DNA of 64,000 bases from the NCBI GenBank assembly GCA_050251055.1, contig JBFWNL010000001.1, positions 11,815 through 75,814 on the forward strand. The letters are read 5' to 3'. This stretch comes from Bacteriovoracia bacterium. GTDB taxonomy: Bacteria > Bdellovibrionota > UBA1018 > JBFWNL01. Below the pieces are notes generated by a model. The model ran no database searches. It had not been told where the DNA came from and was given only the letters and a program-made list of their open reading frames with translations. Within the stretch, counting starts at the first letter, position 1, and every line of letters begins with the position of its first letter. This document shows, in pieces, positions 9,776-19,080 of this stretch. A program made the position numbers and the translations under genes.

Positions 9776-10417
9776 ATGAGACGCAAGCAATCCAAGTACG
9801 GGAAGCCATTTGTAGTCTTCGCGGCGGCTGGGGTTTTGGGAGTGGCGGTGAGCTGCTCGAACGGCGCCTCGGCGGTGAAGAACGCCGCGGTAGCGGGAAA
9901 CGTCATGGGCACCTGGGAAGGAAAGTGCCATGACAGTGACCTGCTCGATCTCTCTATGCAGGAGTTTCTGATGTTTGAAGGCGCAGACACGCAGCTGGTG
10001 CAGCGCTTTTACTCGGAGGACGACTGCCGCGAGCCAGCGGTGATCGTACGCTACAAAGGAAGTTTCGTCGTGCGGGAAGATGTCGCCGAAACCCCGGGGG
10101 GCAAACAGGTTGACTTCGAGTATAACACCGTGACGGTGACGGCGCTTAACGAAGCGGGTCGCAAGACGCTCGATAACACGGATTTTTGCGGTCATGAGGA
10201 ATGGATGGTCAACACGGAGGTGGATCTAACCGTGAACAGTACGCGTGACCTTTGCCTGCTTTACGATACGCCCCATGCTAAGTACGACATCTTCCTCGTT
10301 AACGGCGACGAGCTGAAGATGGGCTTGAAGGAAGGGGAACGCGATAAGTCGACGCCCGGCCTTCGCCCGATTCACGTGGGCGGCGAAGTCTACCTGAAGT
10401 CGGAAGTGGAGCTGTAA
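9776..10417 (+). CDS. Hypothetical lipoprotein
   Basis: AAGGAG RBS; lipobox VAVSC; GTWEGKC beta-rich domain with four further Cys. Confidence 0.75.
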   Translation: MRRKQSKYGKPFVVFAAAGVLGVAVSCSNGASAVKNAAVAGNVMGTWEGKCHDSDLLDLSMQEFLMFEGADTQLVQRFYSEDDCREPAVIVRYKGSFVVREDVAETPGGKQVDFEYNTVTVTALNEAGRKTLDNTDFCGHEEWMVNTEVDLTVNSTRDLCLLYDTPHAKYDIFLVNGDELKMGLKEGERDKSTPGLRPIHVGGEVYLKSEVEL

Positions 10418-10731
10418 TGAATTCGCCGAAGGATCCCTCGATGAACCCATCGGGCAATCCGAACGCGGCGGCGGCCGCCAGCCCCGGGCTGGCGGCCGTC
10501 CCACAAGCCTGCGAGGTTTGCGGAAATGAGTATGATCACCTGATGGAGATCCGTCAGGATGGGAAGGTCCGACGCTTTGACTCCTTCGAGTGCGCCATCG
10601 CCGGCATGGCCCCGCGCTGCACGCACTGCAAATGCGCGATTATCGGGCATGGGGTGGCAAACGAGGAAGGCCAGGTGTTTTGTTGCGCGAACTGCCTGCG
10701 GCAAGTCGGCAGCGCGGCGCTCAGCGCCTGA
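10417..10731 (+). CDS. Small Cys-rich metal-binding protein (prokaryotic metallothionein-like)
   Basis: CEVCGNEYD...FDSFECAI...CTHCKC.IIGHGV...FCCANC. Confidence 0.85.
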   Translation: MNSPKDPSMNPSGNPNAAAAASPGLAAVPQACEVCGNEYDHLMEIRQDGKVRRFDSFECAIAGMAPRCTHCKCAIIGHGVANEEGQVFCCANCLRQVGSAALSA

Positions 10732-10747
10732 ACTCGGCGACACGGGC

Positions 10748-10809
10748 AAATGAAAGGGCCTTGACCCGCGCGACCCATGAGGTCGGGGGGGCAAGGCCCT
10801 TTGTCATTT
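10748..10809. terminator. Probable bidirectional terminator
   Basis: AAGGGCCTTG...CAAGGCCCTT stem between convergent genes. Confidence 0.65.
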
Positions 10810-10825
10810 CGGTGCGAGAAATCGA

Positions 10826-11434
10826 TCAAGCGGCTACCCGTGCTTGAGAAATGGCGGCGTCGAGCCGGTCAGAAGCCACGTTCCAATCCAAGCATTTTTT
10901 GACCGCCTGGTAGTATTTGTCCTTCGCGATGCCGTAGTCGATGGCGTAGGCGTGCTCCCATCCGTCCACCGCCAGGAGGATCGTCTGTTCCACGAGCATC
11001 CCGCGATGGTGTTCTTCCAGGGCGACCGTGCAGAGGGCTCGGTTGACATGCGAATACGTCAGGAGCGCCCATCCGTTCACCGATTTCAATGCCGCTTGCG
11101 TGTACTTATACCAATCTTCCAACGAGCCGTAATCTTCCGTCAGCATTTCCAGCAGCACGGAGCTCGGATCGGTACGCTCAGCCGTCAGGTTTTCGAAGAA
11201 AAGCTCATGCAAGTAGGCGCCGTTGAAAGGTACCGACTTGCGCCGGTAAAGCTCCGAAATCTCGGCGTAACTGTAGTTGGCTTCGTCGAGTTTGGCTTTC
11301 GCGATGAGATTTTCGATCTCATTGATTTTCTTCACGTAGCCCCGGTAGAGCTCGAAGTGCGCCTCGAGTTGCTCGGCCGAGAATCCGGGGAGCTTGCCGA
11401 CGAGATGGTTAAAGTTCTTTGTGTGATGGGTCAT
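10826..11434 (-). CDS. Fe/Mn superoxide dismutase (ChrC-like subgroup)
   Basis: AHFELYRGYV, NGAYLHELFFENL, DGWEHAY ligand motifs; AAGGAG RBS before ATG 11434. Confidence 0.9.
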   Translation of the reverse strand: MTHHTKNFNHLVGKLPGFSAEQLEAHFELYRGYVKKINEIENLIAKAKLDEANYSYAEISELYRRKSVPFNGAYLHELFFENLTAERTDPSSVLLEMLTEDYGSLEDWYKYTQAALKSVNGWALLTYSHVNRALCTVALEEHHRGMLVEQTILLAVDGWEHAYAIDYGIAKDKYYQAVKKCLDWNVASDRLDAAISQARVAA

Positions 11435-11507
11435 GTGCGTTCTCCTTGTGGAAAAGAATAGCAAGGTCGGTGCCACGGGTTGGCATCGCCCTTGCTGGTA
11501 AATGGGC

Positions 11508-11753
11508 ATGAGAAAAACAAATATACTTCCGTTGGCAAGCTTGATGCTTTTCAGTCTCGCATTTGCGGAGAGCCCAAAGGAGACGGCTCGGGAGGCGGGT
11601 CGCGACGTGAAGCGGCAGGCGCGTGAGGCGAAACGCGCGGTCCAGGATGAGGTGTGTCATTGGGTCAAGGGCAAGCTCGAATGCACGAAAGAGAAGATCA
11701 AACGGGACGTGAAAGACGCGGTTGACGACGTTAAAGACACCGTGGATAAGTGA
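11508..11753 (+). CDS. Small secreted charged protein
   Basis: Signal peptide ending AFA; helical K/E/D-rich body with Cys pair. Confidence 0.7.
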   Translation: MRKTNILPLASLMLFSLAFAESPKETAREAGRDVKRQAREAKRAVQDEVCHWVKGKLECTKEKIKRDVKDAVDDVKDTVDK

Positions 11754-11756
11754 TAG

Positions 11757-12884
11757 GTGATCCTTTCTCACTTTTCCGTTCATTTGCCTCCTTATTCGGC
11801 GTCTCAAGGCGAGCTGTTGGATTGGGTGGCGCGCCTACACACACGTGCTGATGAGGTGCGGGCTACGCCCGAGCGTTCGCCGCGGGGCCCGGCGGAAATG
11901 GAGCGGCTCGTTCGTCGCTATGGATGTAGCCCCGAGAAGATTGGGCGCCGCTATTCTTACATTAACGAATTCCTGAACACCGATTTTTCCGTAAACGAGG
12001 TTTATCGAATCGGATCCAACCAGGCCTCGGGCGTGGACACGCGAGCCCGCACGGAGATTTACGGACGTATCGCGGACCGGGTTTTTGGAGAGCTATATCC
12101 AGTCGGGGAGTCGGCGCCGAATCACCTCATCCACGTCACCTGCACGGGTTACCTTTCCCCGAGCGCCGCTCAGAAGTTGGTCGGCACGCACGGGTGGCAT
12201 GGACGCACAGACGTCACCCACGCCTACCACATGGGTTGTTACGGGGCGCTGCCCGCGATCCGCATGGCCGAAGGTTTTTTGGCTTCCCGCGCGGTTCCCC
12301 AGGGTGGCCACGTGGATATCGTGCACACCGAAGTCTGTTCGCTACAGATGGATCCGGCCGATCACTCTCCTGAGCAGCTCATCGTGCAGAGCTTGTTTGC
12401 GGACGGCTCTATCCGCTATCGCCTGAGCGAGCGCCCCGCCGCGGGCCTGCAGGTGCTGGCCGTGGGCGAGTACCTGGTGCCCGGATCGAGCGGTTCCATG
12501 ACTTGGATCACGGGCGCCCACGGTATGCGCATGACGCTGGCTAGGGAGGTGCCGTTTCAGATCGCCGAATACCTAAAGCCTTGCCTCGAAAATCTTCGCG
12601 CGCGCGCGGGCCTGGGGGCCAGCCGCGAGCCTATGCTTTACGCCATTCACCCAGGGGGCCCCAAGATCATCGAAAATCTGGCGTCTTTCTTGAGCCTTTC
12701 GCCAGATCAAGTCCACCACAGCCAAGAGATCCTGCGCACGCGGGGTAATCTCTCTTCGGCCACGCTGCCCCACGTTTGGGAGCTTCTCGTGCGCGACGCG
12801 GCGGTCCCCACGGGAACGCCCATCCTGAGCCTGGCGTTCGGCCCCGGGTTGACTATCTTTGGTGCGGTACTAAGAAAGATCTGA
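11757..12884 (+). CDS. Type III polyketide synthase (chalcone synthase-like)
   Basis: Cys-His-Asn triad HMGCYG, IHPGG, GNLSSAT; LFADG; AFGPGLT. Confidence 0.95.
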   Translation: MILSHFSVHLPPYSASQGELLDWVARLHTRADEVRATPERSPRGPAEMERLVRRYGCSPEKIGRRYSYINEFLNTDFSVNEVYRIGSNQASGVDTRARTEIYGRIADRVFGELYPVGESAPNHLIHVTCTGYLSPSAAQKLVGTHGWHGRTDVTHAYHMGCYGALPAIRMAEGFLASRAVPQGGHVDIVHTEVCSLQMDPADHSPEQLIVQSLFADGSIRYRLSERPAAGLQVLAVGEYLVPGSSGSMTWITGAHGMRMTLAREVPFQIAEYLKPCLENLRARAGLGASREPMLYAIHPGGPKIIENLASFLSLSPDQVHHSQEILRTRGNLSSATLPHVWELLVRDAAVPTGTPILSLAFGPGLTIFGAVLRKI

Positions 12885-13381
12885 TGTCAGGAGTTAGCCC
12901 CTTTCTCCTCACGCTTCCCGTGTTATTCCAGGGCCTCGCGATGGTGTTCGACGAGTTTATTTTTCATCGGCGGCGCGGACTTCCCCGGTGGGAGCGCATC
13001 GGGCATCCCATTGACACCGTCGGCGTGCTCCTTTGCCTGGGCTGGTTACTGAGTCGACCGCCGGAGTCCGGCCCGCTCTTCGGGTACGCGCTCCTGGCCG
13101 TGGGCTCTTGCTTGCTCGTGACAAAGGACGAGTGGGTGCACGCGGGACGCTGCTCCCGCGGCGAACATTGGCTGCACGCCCTGCTCTTCGTCCTGCATCC
13201 GATGGTGCTTGCCGCGAACGCCGTGCTCTGGTGGCAAGGTCAAGTCTCCCCCTGGCTTTGGGCGCAGCTCGGCGCGATGATCATTTTTCTTCTCTATCAG
13301 GTTTTTTATTGGAATTATTTTTTCACGCCGGAACGAGTTCCAGAAAGGGCGGGCCATCATGGTGAACGTCGCGGTCAATAA
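12884..13381 (+). CDS. His-rich integral membrane protein
   Basis: TGATG coupling to PKS; DEFIFH.RRGLP.WERIGHP.DT, TKDEWVH..C...EHWLH; about 4-5 TM helices. Confidence 0.8.
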   Translation: MSGVSPFLLTLPVLFQGLAMVFDEFIFHRRRGLPRWERIGHPIDTVGVLLCLGWLLSRPPESGPLFGYALLAVGSCLLVTKDEWVHAGRCSRGEHWLHALLFVLHPMVLAANAVLWWQGQVSPWLWAQLGAMIIFLLYQVFYWNYFFTPERVPERAGHHGERRGQ

Positions 13382-14120
13382 TGAGTTATATGATACGCTC
13401 GGAGACCGGTGGTACACCGCCTATGACGATCCGGTCGCGCTGCTACGCGCGGAAGGAAAAGCGCGTAACCCATGGGCGCAGCGGGTGATTGCCGAAAAGC
13501 TGGGCTCCGGCGCCCATCGGGTGCTAGACCTGGGGTGCGGGGCGGGGTTTCTCACGAACTATTTAGCCACCCAGGGTCACGAAGTCACGGGTTTGGATCT
13601 CTCTGAGTCGAGTCTGGCCGTAGCGCGCGCGCATGATGGCACGCAGCGGGTGAGTTACGTCCAGGGGGACATCTGCCGGGCCCCGTTTCCCGATGCCAGC
13701 TTCGACGTCGTCTGCGCCATGGACGTGCTGGAGCACATCGAGGATCCACGCGCCATGATCCGGGGGGCCGCGCGACTGCTCCGGCCCGGAGGCCTCTTTT
13801 TCTTTCACACCTTCAATCGCAATCCCATTTCGGGCGTCGTGGTCATCAAGGGGGTAGAGTGGCTGGTGAAGAATACGCCCCCACATATGCACGTGTACCG
13901 CCTGTTCATCAAACCGCGCGAGTTGGCTTACTATTGCCGGTCGGTGGGCCTTGACGTTGCCCAGTGGGTGGGAACCCGCCCCCGGTTGAAGCCGAGCTTG
14001 CTCAAGGCCATTTTTACGGGCGTAGTACCTCAGAATTTCGAATTCAAGCTGATGCCCGCGCGGCATGCGGGCTCGCTTTCCCTGCTGATGGGATATTCCG
14101 GCTACGCTGTGAAGAAGTAA
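13359..14120 (+). CDS. UbiG-like O-methyltransferase
   Basis: VLDLGCGAGFL, FDVVCAMDVLEH, FFHTFNRN, H.Y.LFIKP.EL. Confidence 0.9.
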   Translation: MVNVAVNNELYDTLGDRWYTAYDDPVALLRAEGKARNPWAQRVIAEKLGSGAHRVLDLGCGAGFLTNYLATQGHEVTGLDLSESSLAVARAHDGTQRVSYVQGDICRAPFPDASFDVVCAMDVLEHIEDPRAMIRGAARLLRPGGLFFFHTFNRNPISGVVVIKGVEWLVKNTPPHMHVYRLFIKPRELAYYCRSVGLDVAQWVGTRPRLKPSLLKAIFTGVVPQNFEFKLMPARHAGSLSLLMGYSGYAVKK

Positions 14121-14126
14121 TCCGAC

Positions 14127-16175
14127 TTAGGCGGTGTGTTCGGTAGGTGAATAGTCCAGCGGAAGTTCCGCCACGAAGGTGGATCCGTGGCCTTTTTTGC
14201 TCTTCACGCGGATATCCCCGCCGTGAGCCTGCACGATCTGTCGGCTGATGTAGAGCCCCAGACCCAGCCCGCCTCCCGCCGGCGAACCCGATTCGCCCTG
14301 CTCGAAGCGATCGAAGATCCGGTTTTGATCCTCGGGCGAGATGCCAGGACCTTGGTCCTGCACCTGCAGCTTGGCGATTTCTCCATCGCGCGCGAGCGTC
14401 ACCTTCACGGCCTGCCCGGGCGCGTACTTAGCCGCGTTGGTTAGGAGATTTACCAAAACCTGTTCGATGCGCAGGCGATCCAGGCGGCCCGTGATACCGG
14501 GCTCGATTTGCACGTCGACCGTGCAGTTGGCGGCCACGAGTTGCTGCTGGTAGCGGTTGACGACTTCCTCGATTAGCTCGGAAAGATTGAATTCCTCGCA
14601 GTTAAGGCTGAGCTTGCCGGCGCTGATGCGGGAAACGTCCAGCAGATCGTCGATGAGGTGAGTGAGGCGTCCGATCTGTTTGTCGGAGCTTTCCGCGAGC
14701 TGTTTGAGTTTCTCCGGCGTGAGATCCTTGAGCGTGCCTTTCTGCGCGTGGCGCACGAGCCCGTGCAGCTGCAGCTTCAGCGGGGTGAGCGGCGTTTTGA
14801 GCTCGTGGGAAGCGATGGAGAGGAAGTCGTCGCGGATGCGAATGGCTTTTTGGGCGTTGTCGTAAAGTTGCGCCCGGTGCAGGGCCTGGGCGAATTGGCT
14901 ACCCAAGGTGAGCAGAAAATCGCGGTCTTCGTGCGCGAAGCTCTGGGGCTGGTTGAAACTGAGGGCGAGCACCCCGAAGACCTTGCCTTCAATCAGCAGG
15001 GGGATCACCGCCGTGGAGGCGTACGGAGTCGGCCGTGAGCGCAGGACCGGGAAATCCTGTTGGAGTTGGGCGGCGCTCTCGAGGAAGAGGGGGCGTCCCG
15101 TGCGGTAGGCCTCCGGCACGGGTAAATCCTCGTTGATGCCGATGCGGGGCCAGGATTTGACCAGGGATTCGGGATATCCGGCGGCGCGCATGATCTCCAG
15201 CCCCAGGCGGTCTTCCGTGAGCACGAAGATCATCCCGGCGTTGGCTTGGACCGACTCGAAACAGGTGTTGAGAATGATCTCGGCCACCTGGTCCAAGCGC
15301 AGCGCCTCGGCCAAGGCGGTAGTCGTGGCCTGCAGGCGCTTCGTACGGTTCAACGAGCGTCTCAGTCGGTCGTGCCCTTGCGCCAAGTTATCGACCATGG
15401 TGTTAAAAGCGTAGGTTAGCTTCCCGATCTCGTCGCGCTTGATGATGGCGGCGCGATAGTCGAGGTTACCTTGCGCGACGCGGTCCGTGGCGGTGAGCAG
15501 GTTGTTTACGGCGCGGCCAAACTTTCGGACAATCCCTAATCCAAGCGCGGTTAGGATGAGGGTGGAGGCCACGGCGAAAATCAAGGCTACCACGAGGGGG
15601 AGGTGGCGCTGCTGGTAGGCGTCGAGAAAGGCTTGATCGCTTTGCTGCCGCAGAGTGATTTGTACCTTACGCAGAGCATCGACGGCGTCCTGATGGAATT
15701 GCCGCGCGACCAAGAGGTCGCTGCGGATTTCCTCGATTCGGAAGGATTTACGCACGTTCGCGATCTTGCTGAACACGGTCTCGACCACGGTGCTGTACTG
15801 GTACATGGCGTGTTGCCCGGCTCGGAGCAGGTCCACGATCTCCGGTCGCATCCGCGGCCGCGCGAGCGCTCGCTGGATGTCCTCTTGCGCGCGCACCATG
15901 CCGGCGCGATACGCGTATCGGGTGTCGCTGACGAGCTTGGAAGCGAAGAGCTTTTCTAGGTTCTCTGCCGAGCCGTCCAGGCTCTCCATGACCTGGCTCG
16001 TGATTTCCATGATTTCGTTCGCCGTGTTCACTTCCGTCAGTCCACGCAAGAACTTCTGGCTAGAAAGAAAGATAACGGCCGCGCCGATCAGAAAAAACAC
16101 CGCCACGCCGAGCACCAGCCGCCGCAAGTGATCGATCAGCGAAGAGGTTTGACTGAAGGCGGGAATGGTGTTCAC
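14127..16175 (-). CDS. Sensor histidine kinase (periplasmic helical domain, HAMP, GAF, HisKA, HATPase_c)
   Basis: Two TM helices; DEIGKL..AFN.M HAMP; ASHELKTPL; NLLTNAAKY, DQGPGI, GLGLGL. Confidence 0.96.
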   Translation of the reverse strand: MNTIPAFSQTSSLIDHLRRLVLGVAVFFLIGAAVIFLSSQKFLRGLTEVNTANEIMEITSQVMESLDGSAENLEKLFASKLVSDTRYAYRAGMVRAQEDIQRALARPRMRPEIVDLLRAGQHAMYQYSTVVETVFSKIANVRKSFRIEEIRSDLLVARQFHQDAVDALRKVQITLRQQSDQAFLDAYQQRHLPLVVALIFAVASTLILTALGLGIVRKFGRAVNNLLTATDRVAQGNLDYRAAIIKRDEIGKLTYAFNTMVDNLAQGHDRLRRSLNRTKRLQATTTALAEALRLDQVAEIILNTCFESVQANAGMIFVLTEDRLGLEIMRAAGYPESLVKSWPRIGINEDLPVPEAYRTGRPLFLESAAQLQQDFPVLRSRPTPYASTAVIPLLIEGKVFGVLALSFNQPQSFAHEDRDFLLTLGSQFAQALHRAQLYDNAQKAIRIRDDFLSIASHELKTPLTPLKLQLHGLVRHAQKGTLKDLTPEKLKQLAESSDKQIGRLTHLIDDLLDVSRISAGKLSLNCEEFNLSELIEEVVNRYQQQLVAANCTVDVQIEPGITGRLDRLRIEQVLVNLLTNAAKYAPGQAVKVTLARDGEIAKLQVQDQGPGISPEDQNRIFDRFEQGESGSPAGGGLGLGLYISRQIVQAHGGDIRVKSKKGHGSTFVAELPLDYSPTEHTA

Positions 16176-16630
16176 GGAACCACCTCAATTTTCTTTACCC
16201 CAGGCGCTCCCGTGAAGTCGGGCGAAACGTAGCCGATGCCGCCCCGGAAACGCGCGATCAGGGAAGCGGTGAGCGAGTCGGAGGTCACTTGAATCGGGGC
16301 GCTGTCTCCGGTGTAGAGCTTCTGGCCGATCCAAAACAGGTCGACCTCCCGGCCGGTTTTCTTCACCACGGAGCGAAGGAAGTGCTTACGCTCCGGGGAG
16401 TCATCCGTCCGGTCGACGAAGCGGATCCCCGTGCCATCGGGCCAAGCGCGTTTTTTCTTTAGGAAAAAGTTGGAGAGCTCTTCGGCGTCGATCTTCGTAA
16501 TGGGATTTTCGGCATTTACCACTACGGCGAATTTGGCCGACGGCTCGTCGGACGCGAGCGCACACGGAAATCCGGTCGCGCAGAAGGCCAGAAGAAGACC
16601 GAAGCGTAAATGGGTGAGCCAATCCTTCAA
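16172..16630 (-). CDS. Small periplasmic binding protein (phosphate-ABC substrate-binding-like)
   Basis: Signal peptide; VVVNAENP...FLKK...WPDG...GGIGYV. Confidence 0.8.
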   Translation of the reverse strand: MKDWLTHLRFGLLLAFCATGFPCALASDEPSAKFAVVVNAENPITKIDAEELSNFFLKKKRAWPDGTGIRFVDRTDDSPERKHFLRSVVKKTGREVDLFWIGQKLYTGDSAPIQVTSDSLTASLIARFRGGIGYVSPDFTGAPGVKKIEVVP

Positions 16631-17844
16631 AAGGCGACCCCCGCGGAAAGGTCATACACCATAAAGTCGCGGTTTTGGCCCGCGATCACGGCGGTCGAGC
16701 CAATGTAGTTTTGCATGGCCAACCCCAGGCGAATGCGCGTGAAGGATGTCGGCAGCCAGTTCACGCCGGCGCCGTAGGCAAGTAGCTCGTACGGATCAGC
16801 GAAGCCCGCGCTTAAGGAGCCGACGCGGTTTTGGGCGCTGTCGGCGTAGTCGATGAACGCGTAAACCAGCCAGTCTTCCTCGTACACGGCGACGGACGGT
16901 TCGAAATAAACGGACCAGGGGTCCCCCGCGGCCGAGGTCTGGCGGGCGAATTCCGACGTGACGACGAAAGGATGGGACTTAAGCTTCATATCCAAGCCCC
17001 ACGTCTTGAACGTGTCCTGATCGCGCTTGCCGAATTGGGAGGAGATCCCAAGCGTGAGCCGCTCGGCGGCCGTCGCCCACCACACGCGTGCGCCGACCCC
17101 GGGTAGTTGCGGCTTTTCAATCGGTGAGAATGTGTAGAGGTTATAGCCCCAGCTCGACGCCGCCGAGTGAAAACGGCCGTAGAGGTGCACGCCCGACCAC
17201 ACGGGCGTCACGAGATTCGTCGTCCGGCCCATCTCCGGTCCCGATCGACGCAGGAAGAGCACGGGTTCGCGTTGTTGAAACGAAGTGCCAAACGGGACAT
17301 AGCCCAGTCCACCTTGAATGTGATGCGACTCACTGAGGTCAAACTCAAGGTATCCTTGGGGGATGAGCGCACCATAAATGTAGCTCGTATACATCCGGCC
17401 CATGGGAAGACTCAGGGTGGTCGCGTTGGGGTGGTGGTGGGGGTTGGATAAGTTTGGTCCCAAGAAAAATACCGCTTGGCTCGCGAAGCGCAGGCTGGGA
17501 AGAAATTCTGCACTTAAATTCAATCCCAACGCATCCGACGAATTCACCGCCTGCGTTTTCGTATCGGGGCCCGTGAGCACCGTAAACGCTCCTTCGAAGA
17601 AACCCCCCAGCGTGAGTCGGTTATGTAAGAAGGAATTTACCTGGGCCTTGCGATCTTCGTTGGTCACGTATTCCGCTTGGCCGTTTTCGAGCACCTCGAT
17701 GCGTCGGGTCAGCTCCTTGATCTTGGCGTCCTGTGGGGCAGGCGTCGACAACGCTGGCGCAGTCGGGCCCGCGGAAAGAGCGAATGAAGCTGGCAATACG
17801 AAAAGTAAAATTCCGATTCGAATGGACCAGTTACGCCTTTGCAT
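16627..17844 (-). CDS. Outer-membrane beta-barrel (porin-like)
   Basis: Signal peptide, short coiled coil, amphipathic strands, C-terminal Phe (SAGVAF). Confidence 0.75.
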   Translation of the reverse strand: MQRRNWSIRIGILLFVLPASFALSAGPTAPALSTPAPQDAKIKELTRRIEVLENGQAEYVTNEDRKAQVNSFLHNRLTLGGFFEGAFTVLTGPDTKTQAVNSSDALGLNLSAEFLPSLRFASQAVFFLGPNLSNPHHHPNATTLSLPMGRMYTSYIYGALIPQGYLEFDLSESHHIQGGLGYVPFGTSFQQREPVLFLRRSGPEMGRTTNLVTPVWSGVHLYGRFHSAASSWGYNLYTFSPIEKPQLPGVGARVWWATAAERLTLGISSQFGKRDQDTFKTWGLDMKLKSHPFVVTSEFARQTSAAGDPWSVYFEPSVAVYEEDWLVYAFIDYADSAQNRVGSLSAGFADPYELLAYGAGVNWLPTSFTRIRLGLAMQNYIGSTAVIAGQNRDFMVYDLSAGVAF

Positions 17845-17938
17845 ATCCGCTACTTATATGGAGCTACGCCGCGTCTGGCAAGGCGCCGAGCGGCATGTTT
17901 TCCTTGTTGTTAACGCGAAGGGGCACTACTCTTTTACT

Positions 17939-18616
17939 ATGGTAAAATTTTGTAAGGATCTCACTCGGTCGGAAGTTTTTCAGTCTACTATTTTATTGCT
18001 CATTCTACTCGTAGCCGCCGGGATGGGGTTAGAGACCGTGCCAGAATTGGCCGAAAGTTACGCGGATTTCTTCTTATATCTCTTTTATTTCACGCAGGTC
18101 GCGTTTGTCGTCGAGATCTTAGTCAGAATTGGCGCATACGGCCCTCATTATGCCCGTTTTTTTAAGGAATCTTGGAATCTCTTCGACTTCGGTATCGTGA
18201 CCCTTTCGCTTTTTCCGGGCGTGGGTGCGTTTGCGTTCGTTGTCCGACTGCTTCGGGTCTTGCGCGTATTAAGACTTTTTTCCGCTTCTGAGCGTTTGCG
18301 CAGCTTTATGGACCGCTTGCGCGAGTCTTTCGATGAGGTCGGGATGGCCGCCATCGTGGTGGCGGTCTTGGGATACATCTTCGCCATCGGCGGTTACTAT
18401 CTCTTCGGCGAAATGGATCCTGTGCGTTGGGGAGGGTTGGGGCGGTCTATCCTGAGCGTTTTCTATCTCGCGCTCCTTCAAGATGTGCGTGAATACGTTT
18501 CGCCGCTGACGGCAGCGTGCAAGCCCAGCGTGATTTTCTTTCTCGTGTTTTATCTCGTGTGGGCGTCCGTACTGGTGGGCGTGGTGACGGCGTCTGTCCG
18601 GCAAGGAAAGCGATGA
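17939..18616 (+). CDS. 6TM voltage-gated ion channel-like protein (BacNav fold)
   Basis: FFKESWNLFDF (S3), RLLRVLRVLRLF (S4), LFGEMDP.RWG.L..S pore turret; ATG 17939. Confidence 0.88.
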   Translation: MVKFCKDLTRSEVFQSTILLLILLVAAGMGLETVPELAESYADFFLYLFYFTQVAFVVEILVRIGAYGPHYARFFKESWNLFDFGIVTLSLFPGVGAFAFVVRLLRVLRVLRLFSASERLRSFMDRLRESFDEVGMAAIVVAVLGYIFAIGGYYLFGEMDPVRWGGLGRSILSVFYLALLQDVREYVSPLTAACKPSVIFFLVFYLVWASVLVGVVTASVRQGKR

Positions 18617-19080
18617 GCCGCGCGTTCGTCGGTTTTCTCAAAGGCGCGGGCGTGCTGCTGCTCGTGCTGGCGGCGTGGTTTGCCGGGAATCGCGTGTTTT
18701 TCCTGCGGCACGCGGTGGAAACGACAGGCACCGTGCGCGAGATTTTTGGGGAAAACTCTCGCTGCGGTGGGGGAAAACGGCGACCGTCGTACAACTGCAC
18801 GAAGTTTTACATGCAAGCAGAGTACGCTTCTCCGCAGGGCAAGCATCGACTTTCCATCGCCGCTGGAAAGGTTCGTGGACACAACCAACCGCCGGAAGCC
18901 TGTCGCCGTCGGGTCGGGGACGTGGTGCCGGTGGTGTACGACGCGCGCGATCCTAGCCGGGCCGCCCATAACGAATTCTTCGCACTATGGGGTTTGCCGA
19001 TCCTGTTGTCTATTTTGAGCGGAATTGTGTTCGTGGTGCTGCTAGTCCAAAATCGGCGGGGCAACCTTTCAAGGACCTAA
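18613..19080 (+). CDS. DUF3592-like membrane protein
   Basis: TM-A.ETTGTV...VGDVVPVVYD..DP..A-TM architecture. Confidence 0.75.
   Translation: MSRAFVGFLKGAGVLLLVLAAWFAGNRVFFLRHAVETTGTVREIFGENSRCGGGKRRPSYNCTKFYMQAEYASPQGKHRLSIAAGKVRGHNQPPEACRRRVGDVVPVVYDARDPSRAAHNEFFALWGLPILLSILSGIVFVVLLVQNRRGNLSRT

Noticed and set aside
17402-17938. N-terminal extension of the channel ORF
   Set aside because: Overlaps the porin gene antisense; channel homology starts at ATG 17939
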